Assembly (NCBI GenBank): GCA_964019425.1
Contig: OZ025781.1
Span: 248,001 to 312,000, forward strand
DNA: 64,000 bases
Origin: Flectonema sp. DT1601
Taxonomy: Eukaryota
Reading direction: 5' to 3'
The notes beneath the pieces were generated by a model, which was given only the letters and a program-made list of their open reading frames with translations, was not told the DNA's origin and searched no databases. The translations under genes and the position numbers were made by a program. Positions within the stretch are counted from its first letter, which is position 1; every line of letters begins with the position of its first letter. This document shows, piece after piece, positions 1 to 10,542 of the stretch.

Positions 1-2141
1 AATGGAGGCCAGAAAGGCAACACATGATCAGCATAAACAGGAAGATATTCATCCGAAATAGAAGCGCCCGGATCAGAGAAGAAAGCAGCTAAACTGAATG
101 TCAGCGCGGCGTTAGTTCTCGTGATTGGAGTCAGTGGCTTGTTTACATCGTTTTCAGTGGCGGTAGCCACCCAAGTTTTCCACTCGAAAAACGGTCCATT
201 TGTAGCAGAACTTACTCTGTGCTTTTCCCCAGAAACACCACCAGCAGAGACAACTGTTACAGCACTAGCCTTCCTAAGGAGCTTCACAGCAAGGGAACAC
301 GCACTTCCACAATCTCCGAGTGAAAAAAGTTTGACAGTTGCGAATCCCTTCGTAGGTATATTAATTTTCTCGTTCGCTGCAAAGTTACACTTAGCAAGCA
401 TAGCAGAGTCTTTCGCTTCAAGCAATGAGTCGGAGAGAGGAACAATCTTTGGAACCACAAACACTTCAGGTGATCCAGCAGCCCTGCTCTTCTTCGGAGG
501 GTTTTTAAAGGCCTCAATCAATTTAGCGTGTGCCTGCATCGGGTTTGTACTGCCCAAAGGTTCGTTGTATAAGCTTTCCCCGGTAGAAACAAGCAACGCG
601 TTGTAGTTTTCACCACCAACCACAGCAGATAGTATCAAACGGACGTATCCCTTAGTGAAGTCAGTGAGATGGTATTCAGAAGCACCCTTAGTGGAAGCAG
701 CACTTGCAGGTGAGATACGGAAATCGCTTCTCGTCCTCGATGTTTCCCTGAGTCCTGCAGGGTATTGGAGCTTCGGAGTGAAGTACTCAATCGCCGTGTA
801 GGCCAAAATCTGAAATCCACCACCGTTACCACGAATGTCCAGGATCAATTCTGTGATTCTCGGGGAAAACGCAATCGCATAATCACTGCAAGCCTCAATA
901 ACTTTTAAAAACCTAAAGAGGACTTTATTTTCATCACAACCCTTTAAGTTGGTAGTCTTCGGTTCAAAGGTTCCGATGTACAAGTACATTACTGGCTTTG
1001 CGTTGGTTTCGAATGAGCTGCACACAATATTCGGTTCATTGGTATTTTGTGGATATTGAGCAACTATCTTACCCTGATTCCAGAGATCTGAAGGAGCAAG
1101 CTGCTGAACTGATCTTTTGGACACGCGTTCTTGTTCCTTCTTTGCAGATGCAGCCTTGTCAGCCTTGTCAGCGTTGTGAAGATCTCTCGCAATGTCTGAA
1201 AGTGGATTAGGAGGAAGGTTAGGTCCGGAGTTCACTTCAGGACTTTTATGAATACCTGCCCTCTGATCAGCGATAGGAGGAATTGGTTTGTATGCCTCTC
1301 TGTTCTGCCTGATGTGAGTAATGTCGTTAGGGGTCACTGGTGCTTCCTGTACCTGAGCACCTCTCGCAGTCGCTGCTGGACGGTTACCAGCAACTATGAC
1401 AGCGGTTGTTAACTGTTGGTCACCCCTTCCAGCGTAGATTGGAAGGGTGTGAGACGTACCAGCAACAGTTATTTGCATTGTGGTGGCCTGGTATCCAGAT
1501 CTGGTTGAAGATATACCTGCAGCGTCCAGGTTGTTTAGGTATTCATTAAGGTCTGCGCCATTAGACTTCGAAGTGCCGTTGTCACCAAGCAACTTTGCTA
1601 AAGAGGCCACTGCTGGCTGTCCGTTGATTGCAGTTACAATGTCGCCAACCTGAACACTGCTCCACGTTTGTCCCTGAGAATAGGCAGCGAAAAGTGCAAG
1701 GTGTCCACTGATGAAAATAACCTGCTGTCCATTATCCATTCTTGATCCGAATACAAAAGGAATATATAACTGAGAATGATATCCCGATGGCAGAGTGTAA
1801 GAAGTATGCCCGTCTTGCAACTTTAAGAAGAGTTGAGCCATTGAAGCTTGAAATTGGAAATCACTATTCCACTGTTGAGTAGAGAACTGTTGAAGAGAAC
1901 CCTTCAAGTTAACCTTTCCAATCACAGATGGGTCTGTTGATAGAGCGATGTCAGTTCCTTGATAAAACTCAACCATCTCAAGCGCTGCTTTTGTCGCTTC
2001 CGTCACAGTTGCTTTATCCACCGGAACAGTGTTGTAACAGTCAAAGATTTCACTAGCTCTGTAGTAGTAAAAGTTATCTATCAGCCGCCCCTGCAAATTA
2101 CATTGCGACACCGCCAGCAGGTTTATCATTGAGAGTAACAT
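1..2141 (-). CDS. S41-family peptidase paralog 1 (3' end lies outside the window)
   Basis: Near-identical to the other six copies. ATG of MLLSMINLLAVSQC is at 2141, with LILDIRGNGGG and GDCGSACS motifs. Absent from the ORF track because no stop codon falls inside the window. Confidence 0.85.
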   Translation of the reverse strand, partial: MLLSMINLLAVSQCNLQGRLIDNFYYYRASEIFDCYNTVPVDKATVTEATKAALEMVEFYQGTDIALSTDPSVIGKVNLKGSLQQFSTQQWNSDFQFQASMAQLFLKLQDGHTSYTLPSGYHSQLYIPFVFGSRMDNGQQVIFISGHLALFAAYSQGQTWSSVQVGDIVTAINGQPAVASLAKLLGDNGTSKSNGADLNEYLNNLDAAGISSTRSGYQATTMQITVAGTSHTLPIYAGRGDQQLTTAVIVAGNRPAATARGAQVQEAPVTPNDITHIRQNREAYKPIPPIADQRAGIHKSPEVNSGPNLPPNPLSDIARDLHNADKADKAASAKKEQERVSKRSVQQLAPSDLWNQGKIVAQYPQNTNEPNIVCSSFETNAKPVMYLYIGTFEPKTTNLKGCDENKVLFRFLKVIEACSDYAIAFSPRITELILDIRGNGGGFQILAYTAIEYFTPKLQYPAGLRETSRTRSDFRISPASAASTKGASEYHLTDFTKGYVRLILSAVVGGENYNALLVSTGESLYNEPLGSTNPMQAHAKLIEAFKNPPKKSRAAGSPEVFVVPKIVPLSDSLLEAKDSAMLAKCNFAANEKINIPTKGFATVKLFSLGDCGSACSLAVKLLRKASAVTVVSAGGVSGEKHRVSSATNGPFFEWKTWVATATENDVNKPLTPITRTNAALTFSLAAFFSDPGASISDEYLPVYADHVLPFWPP

Positions 2142-4143
2142 TTTATTTAGAAAACTGATGATGAGAAGTTGTGGATTCATCGTATTGACTGGATGGGTAA
2201 CTATTTGTGGTATCGACTTAGTTCGAATATCTGTGTTGATGTCCTGGAAAAGAAAAGTATCAATCAATTTAGTGACTAACATTAAAAAACCAACACAGCC
2301 CAGCAGGTAGCTGTCGGGATAACGGAGTTAGTTGTTCAACGCCTGGGCTCCCTGTTGAGGGAAGTCATCCGGCAATCGAGTTGTTTACTTGCATCCCATT
2401 GTTATCGAAACAAACGAAATTGACCTTTACGGTGTCGCTTGAACAATATAAAAAATATTTAAGAAGCAAAAAATGAGGGAAGATTACAGCAATGTTTTAT
2501 TTTATTTTTTCAAATATTATTGACATCAGGGACAACATTAGTTCTTCTTGCCTTGTCAGTTTCAGAGAAGACGACGACAAGACACCCAACAGAATTATCA
2601 TAATACGGAATGTCCCAAATGAATAAATATGAACTAATGAAATAAAAAAAAGACATAACGACCTCCTATGCGGGAAAGACCACAAATTATAACCTTCTTC
2701 AGATATCTGAAGATGAAAAAGTACCTTTATTTCCTCCTTTTTTCTTTTGATTTGTGTTCCACCAACTGCTGACTACTTCGCAGTAGCAAGTTAATGAAAT
2801 TATAGGAAAAAAGGACAGACAGAGAGTAACCTCCCATCTAACCGTTGTTCTATACGCAAGTTAATGGTCTAGAATAGTAGAGAAACTAAATGAGAGTTTT
2901 AAGGAATGAATTCGTGGAAGAGATGTCACCAAGGATGTGGAAACGTTTGTCGAGTTACGTTTCCCTCCTAAATGCTCTGTTGGTGTGGGTAGTTTCTACT
3001 TTCTTTTTTTCTTTCTTTTTATGTCCCCCAAGAAGAAAAAAAAAATCACAAGGGACAAAGTGATTTACAAAAACCATCCTCAGTTGAGTATCAAATTCGA
3101 GCTCTCGGAGTGATTGGAAAAAAAAAGAATTTTAAGAAATATCTTATTTTTTAAATAATCTCATTCAGTTCATCGCGACTTGAAAAGCATCATTAAAGAT
3201 CAAAGTGGAAGCGAGCAAACTCGCTGACAGAATGAAAGCTTCCAGTCGCTGACATAACCAGAGATATCACAAGCCGCACTGAGAAAGAAACCCAAGAGAA
3301 CAGTTAGAATATGAGTCTTGTTATATTAGTCAGTATTAGCTATATTAGCGAGGAGAGGACTACACTCCTTACAAAATTTAAAAAAAAAAACTTAGAATCT
3401 CTTACTCAGCACCTTTCAAAGAAGAAAGCAAGGAGGATACTGAGGTATCAGGTCCTACAGGACTGAATAAGAGCTGTAATAAGTTCAGCTTCTCTGAAGA
3501 AGTTTTTTTATACATATCGGAGTTTGTCAGAACTATTTGTCACAACTGAGCTAACAAAACAAGTCCGACCATCTCTGCCAACATTATCAGGGGAGGTAAC
3601 TTGATACTAATATTAAATGGAAAACAACTTGAAACTGGGAGGGGGGTGACTGAAAATAGTAACAACTACTTCAGGTATTAATACAACATTAATATCAAAG
3701 TATTTGACTGAAAACATATTTGTAGTTGTTAATCAAAGAAAAGCGTTTAGAAAAAAGAAAACATAAAAAGGGAAAATTATATGAAGAAGAAGTTGTCTTC
3801 ACTTGCAATGACAAGAGAGGGGTAATTCGATACTGCATTTTTAAGCTCAAAAAGGAACAACAATTTCTCAGACAATCTTGACTGTCAGCAGCAGCTTAGT
3901 AAATGAATAAATAAAGCCACTGGAGGCCAGTTGAGCTCCACTTGCCTATGTTACCGTAACAGCTTTTTATAAAACTCATGAGTACTTAATTAATACAATA
4001 TTATATTGTCTTGAAAATTAAGCATAGAAAAAGACGAACACCAGGAAGGGGGGCGGCTCCTTGTCAATAGCCGTCTAGGGGGAGAGAATATAGAAATGTA
4101 TGTTCAAACACGTATCGTAAACAGCGAAAGCAACACAGAAACA

Positions 4144-6633
4144 TTAAGCACTGTCGGGACGGTCTTCAAGTTCTTCTTCTTTCTGTTCCTCCTCCTCCGC
4201 TGATTTCCTACAACAACACATGTAAACAATAACAATAACAACTATTACGAATACGACAGAAAATATCGAAATCAGAAGTGTATTGCGAAGCTTCACATCG
4301 CTGTCATCACTGCTTTTCGCAGGTGCCGTAGAGACACCTGTCGCAGTACTTGTAGCTGTGGTCGCATTAGGTGAAACCACAACGGTACCTGGCACCTTGT
4401 AAGTTCCAGCCTCAAATTCCACCCAATTAGTTGAAGCAGTCGAACTGAGTGCAGCAGTTTGCTGAAGTATCTGCAACTCTGTTGCAGCTGAGAATGGAGG
4501 CCAGAAAGGCAACACATGATCAGCATAAACAGGAAGAAATTCATCCGAAATAGAAGCGCTCGGATCAGAGAAGAAAGCAGCTAAACTGAATGTCAGCCCG
4601 GCGCTAGTTCTCGTGATTGTAGTCAGTTTTTTGTTCACGTTGTTCATAGCGGCGGTAGCGACCCAAGACTTCCATTCGTAAAATGGTCCATTTGTAGCAG
4701 AACTTACTCTGTGCTTTTCTCCAGAAACACCACCAGCAGAGACAACTGTTATGGCACTAGCCTTCCTAAGGAGCTTCACAGCAAGGGAACACGCACTTCC
4801 ACATGCTCCGAGTGAAAATAGTTTTATGGTTGCGAATCCCTTCGTAGGTATATTAATTTTCTCGTTCGCTGCAAAGGTACACTTAGCAAACATAGCAGCA
4901 TTTCTCGCTTCAAGCAGCGAGTCGGAGAGAGAAACAATCTTAGGAACCACAAACACTTCAGGTGATCCAGCAGCCCTGCTCTTCTTCGGAGGGTTTTTAA
5001 AGGCCTCACTCAACTTAGCTTGTGCCTGCTGCATGTTTGTGTTGCTCAAAGGTTCGTTGTATAAGCTTTCCCCGTTAGAAACAAGCAACGCGTTGTAGTT
5101 TTCACCACCAACCACAGCAGATTGTATCAAACTGATGTATCCCTTAGTGAAGTCAGTGAGGTGGTATTCAGAAGCACCCTTAGTGGAAGCAGCACTTGCA
5201 GGTGAGATACGGAAATCGCTTCTCGTCCTCGATGTTTCCCTGAGTCCTGCAGGGTATTGGAGCTTCGGAGTGAAGTACTCAATCGCCGTGTAGGCCAAAA
5301 TCTGAAATCCTCCACCGTTACCACGGACGTCCAGGATCAATTCTGTGATTCTCGGGGAAAACGCAATCGCATAATCACTGCAAGCCTCAATAACTTTTAA
5401 AAACCCGAAGAGGACTTTGATTTCATCACAACCCTGTGCGTTGGCGGTGCTAGGGGAAAAGCTTCCGATGTACAAGTACATTACTGGCTTTGCGTTGGTT
5501 TCGAAAGAGCTGCACACAATATTCGGTTCATTGGTATTTTGTGGATATTGAGCAACTATCTTACCCTGATTCCAGAGATCTGAAGGAGCAAGCTGCTGAA
5601 CTGATCTTTTGGACACCCGTTCCTGTTCCTTCTTTGCAGATGCAGCCTTGTCAGCCTTGTCAGCGTTGTGAAGATCTCTCGCAATGTCTGAAAGTGGATT
5701 AGGAGGAAGGTTAGGTCCGGAGTTCACTTCAGGACTTTTATGAATACCTGCCCTCTGATCAGCGATAGGAGGAATTGGTTTATATGCCTCTCTGTTCTGC
5801 CTGATGTGAGTAATGTCGTTAGGGGTCACTGGTGCTTCCTGTACCTGAGCACCTCTCGCAGTCGCTGCTGGACGGTTACCAGCAACTATGACAGCGGTTG
5901 TTAACTGTCGGTCATCCCTTCCAGCGTAGATTGGAAGGGTGTGAGACGTACCAGCAACGGTTATTTGCATTGTGGTGGCCTGGTATCCAGATGAGGTTGA
6001 AGATATACCTGCAGCGTTAGGGTTGTTTAGGTATTCATTAAGGTCTGCGCCATTAGACTTCGAAGTGCCGTTGTCACCAAGCAACTTTGCTAAAGAGGCC
6101 ACTGCTGGCTGTCCGTTGATTGCAGTTACGACGTTGCCAACCTGAACACTGCTCCACGTCTGTCCCTGAGAATAGGCAGTGAAAAGGGCATGGCGTTCCC
6201 TGATGAAAATAACTTGCTGTCCATTATCCATTCTTGATCCGAATACAAAAGGAATAGATAACTCAGCAAAGTATCCCGATGGTGGAGTGTAAGCAGTATG
6301 CCCGTCTTGCAACTTTAAGAAGAGTTGAGCCATTGAAGCTTGAAATTGGAAATCACTATTCCACTGTTGAGTAGAGAACTGTTGAAGAGAACCCTTCAAG
6401 TTAACCTTTCCAATCACAGATGGGTCTGTTGATAGAGCGATGTCAGTTCCATGGTAAAACTCAACCATCTCAAGCGCTGCTTTTGTCGCTTCCGTCACAG
6501 TTGCTTGATCCACCGGAACAGTGTTGTAACAGTCAAAGATTTCACTAGCTCTGTAGTAGTAAAAGTTATCTATCAGCCGCCCCTGCAAATTACATTGCGA
6601 CACCGCCAGCAGGTTTATCATTGAGAGTAACAT
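4144..6633 (-). CDS. S41-family peptidase paralog 2, type I membrane protein
   Basis: LILDVRGNGGG and GACGSACS (putative catalytic Ser) motifs, PDZ-like VGNVVTAINGQP, signal-peptide-like N-terminus, Ser/Thr stalk, TM helix, CCC cluster and acidic tail. Start set at the Met shared by all 7 copies; the ORF track starts at 6774. Confidence 0.88.
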   Translation of the reverse strand: MLLSMINLLAVSQCNLQGRLIDNFYYYRASEIFDCYNTVPVDQATVTEATKAALEMVEFYHGTDIALSTDPSVIGKVNLKGSLQQFSTQQWNSDFQFQASMAQLFLKLQDGHTAYTPPSGYFAELSIPFVFGSRMDNGQQVIFIRERHALFTAYSQGQTWSSVQVGNVVTAINGQPAVASLAKLLGDNGTSKSNGADLNEYLNNPNAAGISSTSSGYQATTMQITVAGTSHTLPIYAGRDDRQLTTAVIVAGNRPAATARGAQVQEAPVTPNDITHIRQNREAYKPIPPIADQRAGIHKSPEVNSGPNLPPNPLSDIARDLHNADKADKAASAKKEQERVSKRSVQQLAPSDLWNQGKIVAQYPQNTNEPNIVCSSFETNAKPVMYLYIGSFSPSTANAQGCDEIKVLFGFLKVIEACSDYAIAFSPRITELILDVRGNGGGFQILAYTAIEYFTPKLQYPAGLRETSRTRSDFRISPASAASTKGASEYHLTDFTKGYISLIQSAVVGGENYNALLVSNGESLYNEPLSNTNMQQAQAKLSEAFKNPPKKSRAAGSPEVFVVPKIVSLSDSLLEARNAAMFAKCTFAANEKINIPTKGFATIKLFSLGACGSACSLAVKLLRKASAITVVSAGGVSGEKHRVSSATNGPFYEWKSWVATAAMNNVNKKLTTITRTSAGLTFSLAAFFSDPSASISDEFLPVYADHVLPFWPPFSAATELQILQQTAALSSTASTNWVEFEAGTYKVPGTVVVSPNATTATSTATGVSTAPAKSSDDSDVKLRNTLLISIFSVVFVIVVIVIVYMCCCRKSAEEEEQKEEELEDRPDSA

Positions 6634-7164
6634 TTTATTTAGAAAACTGATGATGAGAAGTTGTGGATTCATCGTATTGACTGGATGGGTAACTATTTGT
6701 GGTATCGACTTAGTACGAATATCTGTGTTGATGTCCTGGAAAAGAAAAGCATCAATCAATTTAGTGACTAACATTAAAAAACCAATACAGCCCAGCAGGT
6801 AGCTGTCGGGATAACAGAGTTAGTTGTTCAACGCCTGGGCTCCCTGTTGAGGGAAGTCATCCGGCAATCGAGTTGTTTACTTGCATCCCATTGTTATCGA
6901 AACAAACGAAATTGACCTTTACGGTGTCGCTTAGAAACGCAAGAGAACAGTTAGAATATGAGTTTTGTTATATTAATCAGTATTAGCTATATTAGAGGAG
7001 AGTTATTCATTTACTTATTTATTTACGAAGCCTGGAAGCCAAAAAGCCAGGAAAAGCTCACAGTGTAATTGCTGTAAGCGACCAGAAAGAGACTCTCACA
7101 GACAGTTATCAAATAAATAAATAAGCAAATCAATCAATGAATTGCAGTACAAAATTTAAAAAAG

Positions 7165-7333
7165 AATTGGCTTTAACTTCAACTATACAGAAAATAATGA
7201 TATAACACTGTGGTTTTTTGTTTGTGCACAAAACCGTGAACCGACTTAAACTGATAAAGCTAAAGGAGGTTTACGTGTGCTGCCAACATTCTTTTTCGTT
7301 CTTACAATACTTGTTAAATGCAAAAAAAAAAAA
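7165..7333 (+). mobile_element. Short A-tailed dispersed repeat (SINE-like)
   Basis: Inserted in an A-run that is empty at 3380-3390; homologous to 46580-46793. Confidence 0.55.
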
Positions 7334-8088
7334 CTTAAAATCTCTTACTCAGCACCTTTCAAAGAAGAAAGCAAGGAGGATACTGAGGTATCAGGTCCTA
7401 CAGGACTGAATAAGAGCTGTAATAAGTTCAGCTTCTCTGAAGAAGTTTTTTTATACATATCGGAGTTTGCCAGAACTATTTGTCACAACTGAGCTAACAA
7501 AACAAGTCCGACCATCTCTGCCAACATTATCAGGGGAGGTAACTTGATACTAATATTAAATGGAAAACAACTTGAAACTGGGAGGGGGGTGACTGAAAAT
7601 AGTAACAACTACTTCAGGTATTAATACAAGATTAATATCAAAGTATTTGACTGAAAACATATTTGTAGTTGTTAATCAAAGAAAAGCGTTTAGTAAAAAG
7701 AAAACATAAGAAGGGAAAATTATATGAAGAAGAAGTTGTCTTCACTTGCAATGTCAAGAGAGGGGTTATTCGATACTACATTTTTAAGCTCAAAAAGGAA
7801 CAACAATTTCTCAGACAATCTTGACTGTCAGCAGCAGCGTAGTAAATGAATAAATAAAGCCACTGGAGGCCAGTTGAGCTCCACTTGCCTATGTTACCGT
7901 AACAGCTTTTTATAAAACTCATGAGTACTTAATTAATACATAATATTATATTGTCTTGAAAATTAAGCATAGAAAAAGACGAACACCAGGAAGGGGGGCG
8001 GCTCCTTGTCAATAGCCGTCTAGGGGGAGAGAATATAGAAATGTATGTTCAAACACGTATCGTAAACAGCGAAAGCAACACAGAAACA

Positions 8089-10542
8089 TTAAGCACTGTC
8101 GGGACGGTCTTCAAGTTCTTCTTCTTTCTGTTCCTCCTCCTCCGCTGATTTCCGACAACAACACATGCAAACAATAACAATAACAACTATTACGAATACG
8201 GCAGAAAATATCGAAATCAGAAGTGTATTGCGAAGCTTCACATCGCTGTCATCACTGCTTTTCGCAGGAGCCGTAGTAGCAGACCCCACAACGGTACCTG
8301 ACACCTTGTAAGTTCCAGCCTCAAATTCCACCCAATTAGTTGAAGCAGTCGAACTGAGTGCAGCAGTTTGCTGAAGCATCTGCAACTCTGTTGCAGCTGA
8401 GTATGGAGGCCAGAAAGGCAACACATGATCAGCATAAACAGGAAGAAATTCATCCGAAATAGAAGCGCTCGGATCAGAGAAGAAAGCAGCTAAACTGAAT
8501 GAAAGCGAGGCGCTAGTTCTCGTGATCAGTGTCAGTTTCTTGTTTACATTGTTTATAGCGGCGGTAGCGACCCAAGACTTCCATTCGTAAAATGGTCCAT
8601 TTGTAGCAGAACTTACTCTGTGCTTTTCTCCAGAAACACCACCAGCAGTGACAACTGTTACAGCACTAGTCTTCTTAAGGAGCTTCACAGCAAGGGAACA
8701 CGCACTTCCACATGCTCCGAGTGAAAATAGTTTTATGGTTGCGAATCCCTTCGTAGGTATATTAATTTTCTCGTTCGCTGCAAAGGTGCACTTAGCAAAC
8801 ATAGCATCGTTTCTCGCTTCAAGCAGCGAGTCGGAGAGAGAAACAATCTTTGGAACCACAAACACTTCAGGTGATCCAGCAGCCCTGCTCTTCTTCGGAG
8901 GGTTTTTAAAGAGATCATTCAATTTAACTTGTGCCTGCTGCTTGTTTGTTTTGCTCAAAGGTTCGTTGTATAAGCTTTCCCCGTTAGAAACAAGCAACAC
9001 GTTGTAGTTTTCACCACCAACCACAGCAGATTGTATCAAACTGATGTATCCCTTAGTGAAGTCAGTGAGGTGGTATTCAGAAGCACCCTTAGTGGAAGCA
9101 GCACTTGCAGGTGAGATACGGAAATCGCTTCTCGTCCTCGATGTTTCCCTGAGTCCTGCAGGGTATTGGAGCTTCGGAGTGAAGTACTCAATCGCCGTGT
9201 AGGCCAAAATCTGAAATCCTCCACCGTTGCCACGGACGTCCAGGATCAATTCTGTGATTCTCGGGGAAAACGCAATCGCATAATCACTGCAAGCCTCAAT
9301 AACTTTTAAAAACCCGAAGAGGACTTTGATTTCATCACAACCCTGTTCGTCGGGGGTGCTAGGATTAAAATCTCCTATGTGTAAGTACATAACTGGCTTT
9401 GCGTTGGTTTCGAATGAGCTGCACACAATATTCGGTTGGTTGGTATTTTGTGGATATTGAGCAACTATCTTACCCTGATTCCAGAGATCTGAAGGAGCAA
9501 GCTGCTGAACTGATCTTTTGGACACGCGTTCCTGTTCCTTCTTTGCAGATGCAGCCTTGTCAGCCTTGTCAGCGTTGTGAAGATCTCTCGCAATGTCTGA
9601 AAGTGGATTAGGAGGAAGGTTAGGTCCGGAGTTCACTTCAGGACTTTTATGAATACCTGCCCTCTGATCAGCGATAGGAGGAATTGGTTTGTATGCCTCT
9701 CTGTTCTGCCTGATGTGAGTAATGTCGTTAGGGGTCACTGGTGCTTCCTGTACCTGAGCACCTCTTGCAGTCGCTGCTGGACGGTTACCAGCAACTATGA
9801 CAGCGGTTGTTAACTGTTGTTCTGATCTTCCAGCGTAGATTGGAAGGGTGTGAGACGTACCAGCAACAGTTATTTGCATTGTGGTGGCCTGGTATCCAAA
9901 TGAGGTTGAAGATATACCTGCAGCGTTAGAGTTGATTAGGTATTCATTAAGGTCTGCGCCATTAGACTTCGAAGTGCCGTTGTCACCAAGCAACTTTGCT
10001 AAAGAGGCCACTGCTGGCTGTCCGTTGATTGCAGTTACGACGTTGCCAACCTGAACACTGCTCCACGTCTGTCCCTGAGAATAGGCACTGAAAAGGACAT
10101 GGCGTTCCCTGATGAAAATAACCTGCTGTCCATTATCCATTCTTGATCCGAATACAAAAGGAATAGATAACTCAGCAAAGTACCCCGATGGCATAGTGTA
10201 AGCAGTATGCCCGTCTTGTAACTTTAAGAAGAGTTGAGCCATTGAAGCTTGAAATTGGAAATCACTATTCCACTGTTGAGTAGAGAACTGTTGAAGAGAA
10301 CCCTTCAAGTTAACCTTTCCAATCACAGATGGGTCTGTTGATAGAGCGATGTCAGTTCCATGGTAAAACTCAACCATCTCAAGCGCTGCTTTTGTCGCTT
10401 CCGTCACAGTTGCTTGATCCACCGGAACAGTGTTGTAACAGTCAAAGATTTCACTAGCTCTGTAGTAGTAAAAGTTATCTATCAGCCGCCCCTGCAAATT
10501 ACATTGCGACACCGCCAGCAGGTTTATCATTGAGAGTAACAT
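8089..10542 (-). CDS. S41-family peptidase paralog 3
   Basis: Same motifs as paralog 2; intact ORF with a shorter stalk. Confidence 0.88.
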   Translation of the reverse strand: MLLSMINLLAVSQCNLQGRLIDNFYYYRASEIFDCYNTVPVDQATVTEATKAALEMVEFYHGTDIALSTDPSVIGKVNLKGSLQQFSTQQWNSDFQFQASMAQLFLKLQDGHTAYTMPSGYFAELSIPFVFGSRMDNGQQVIFIRERHVLFSAYSQGQTWSSVQVGNVVTAINGQPAVASLAKLLGDNGTSKSNGADLNEYLINSNAAGISSTSFGYQATTMQITVAGTSHTLPIYAGRSEQQLTTAVIVAGNRPAATARGAQVQEAPVTPNDITHIRQNREAYKPIPPIADQRAGIHKSPEVNSGPNLPPNPLSDIARDLHNADKADKAASAKKEQERVSKRSVQQLAPSDLWNQGKIVAQYPQNTNQPNIVCSSFETNAKPVMYLHIGDFNPSTPDEQGCDEIKVLFGFLKVIEACSDYAIAFSPRITELILDVRGNGGGFQILAYTAIEYFTPKLQYPAGLRETSRTRSDFRISPASAASTKGASEYHLTDFTKGYISLIQSAVVGGENYNVLLVSNGESLYNEPLSKTNKQQAQVKLNDLFKNPPKKSRAAGSPEVFVVPKIVSLSDSLLEARNDAMFAKCTFAANEKINIPTKGFATIKLFSLGACGSACSLAVKLLKKTSAVTVVTAGGVSGEKHRVSSATNGPFYEWKSWVATAAINNVNKKLTLITRTSASLSFSLAAFFSDPSASISDEFLPVYADHVLPFWPPYSAATELQMLQQTAALSSTASTNWVEFEAGTYKVSGTVVGSATTAPAKSSDDSDVKLRNTLLISIFSAVFVIVVIVIVCMCCCRKSAEEEEQKEEELEDRPDSA

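Noticed and set aside
6634..6774. 47-aa N-terminal extension (MLVTK...) of the peptidases
   Set aside because: Absent in paralogs 4 and 7, lies upstream of a conserved acceptor AG, and would bury the signal peptide.
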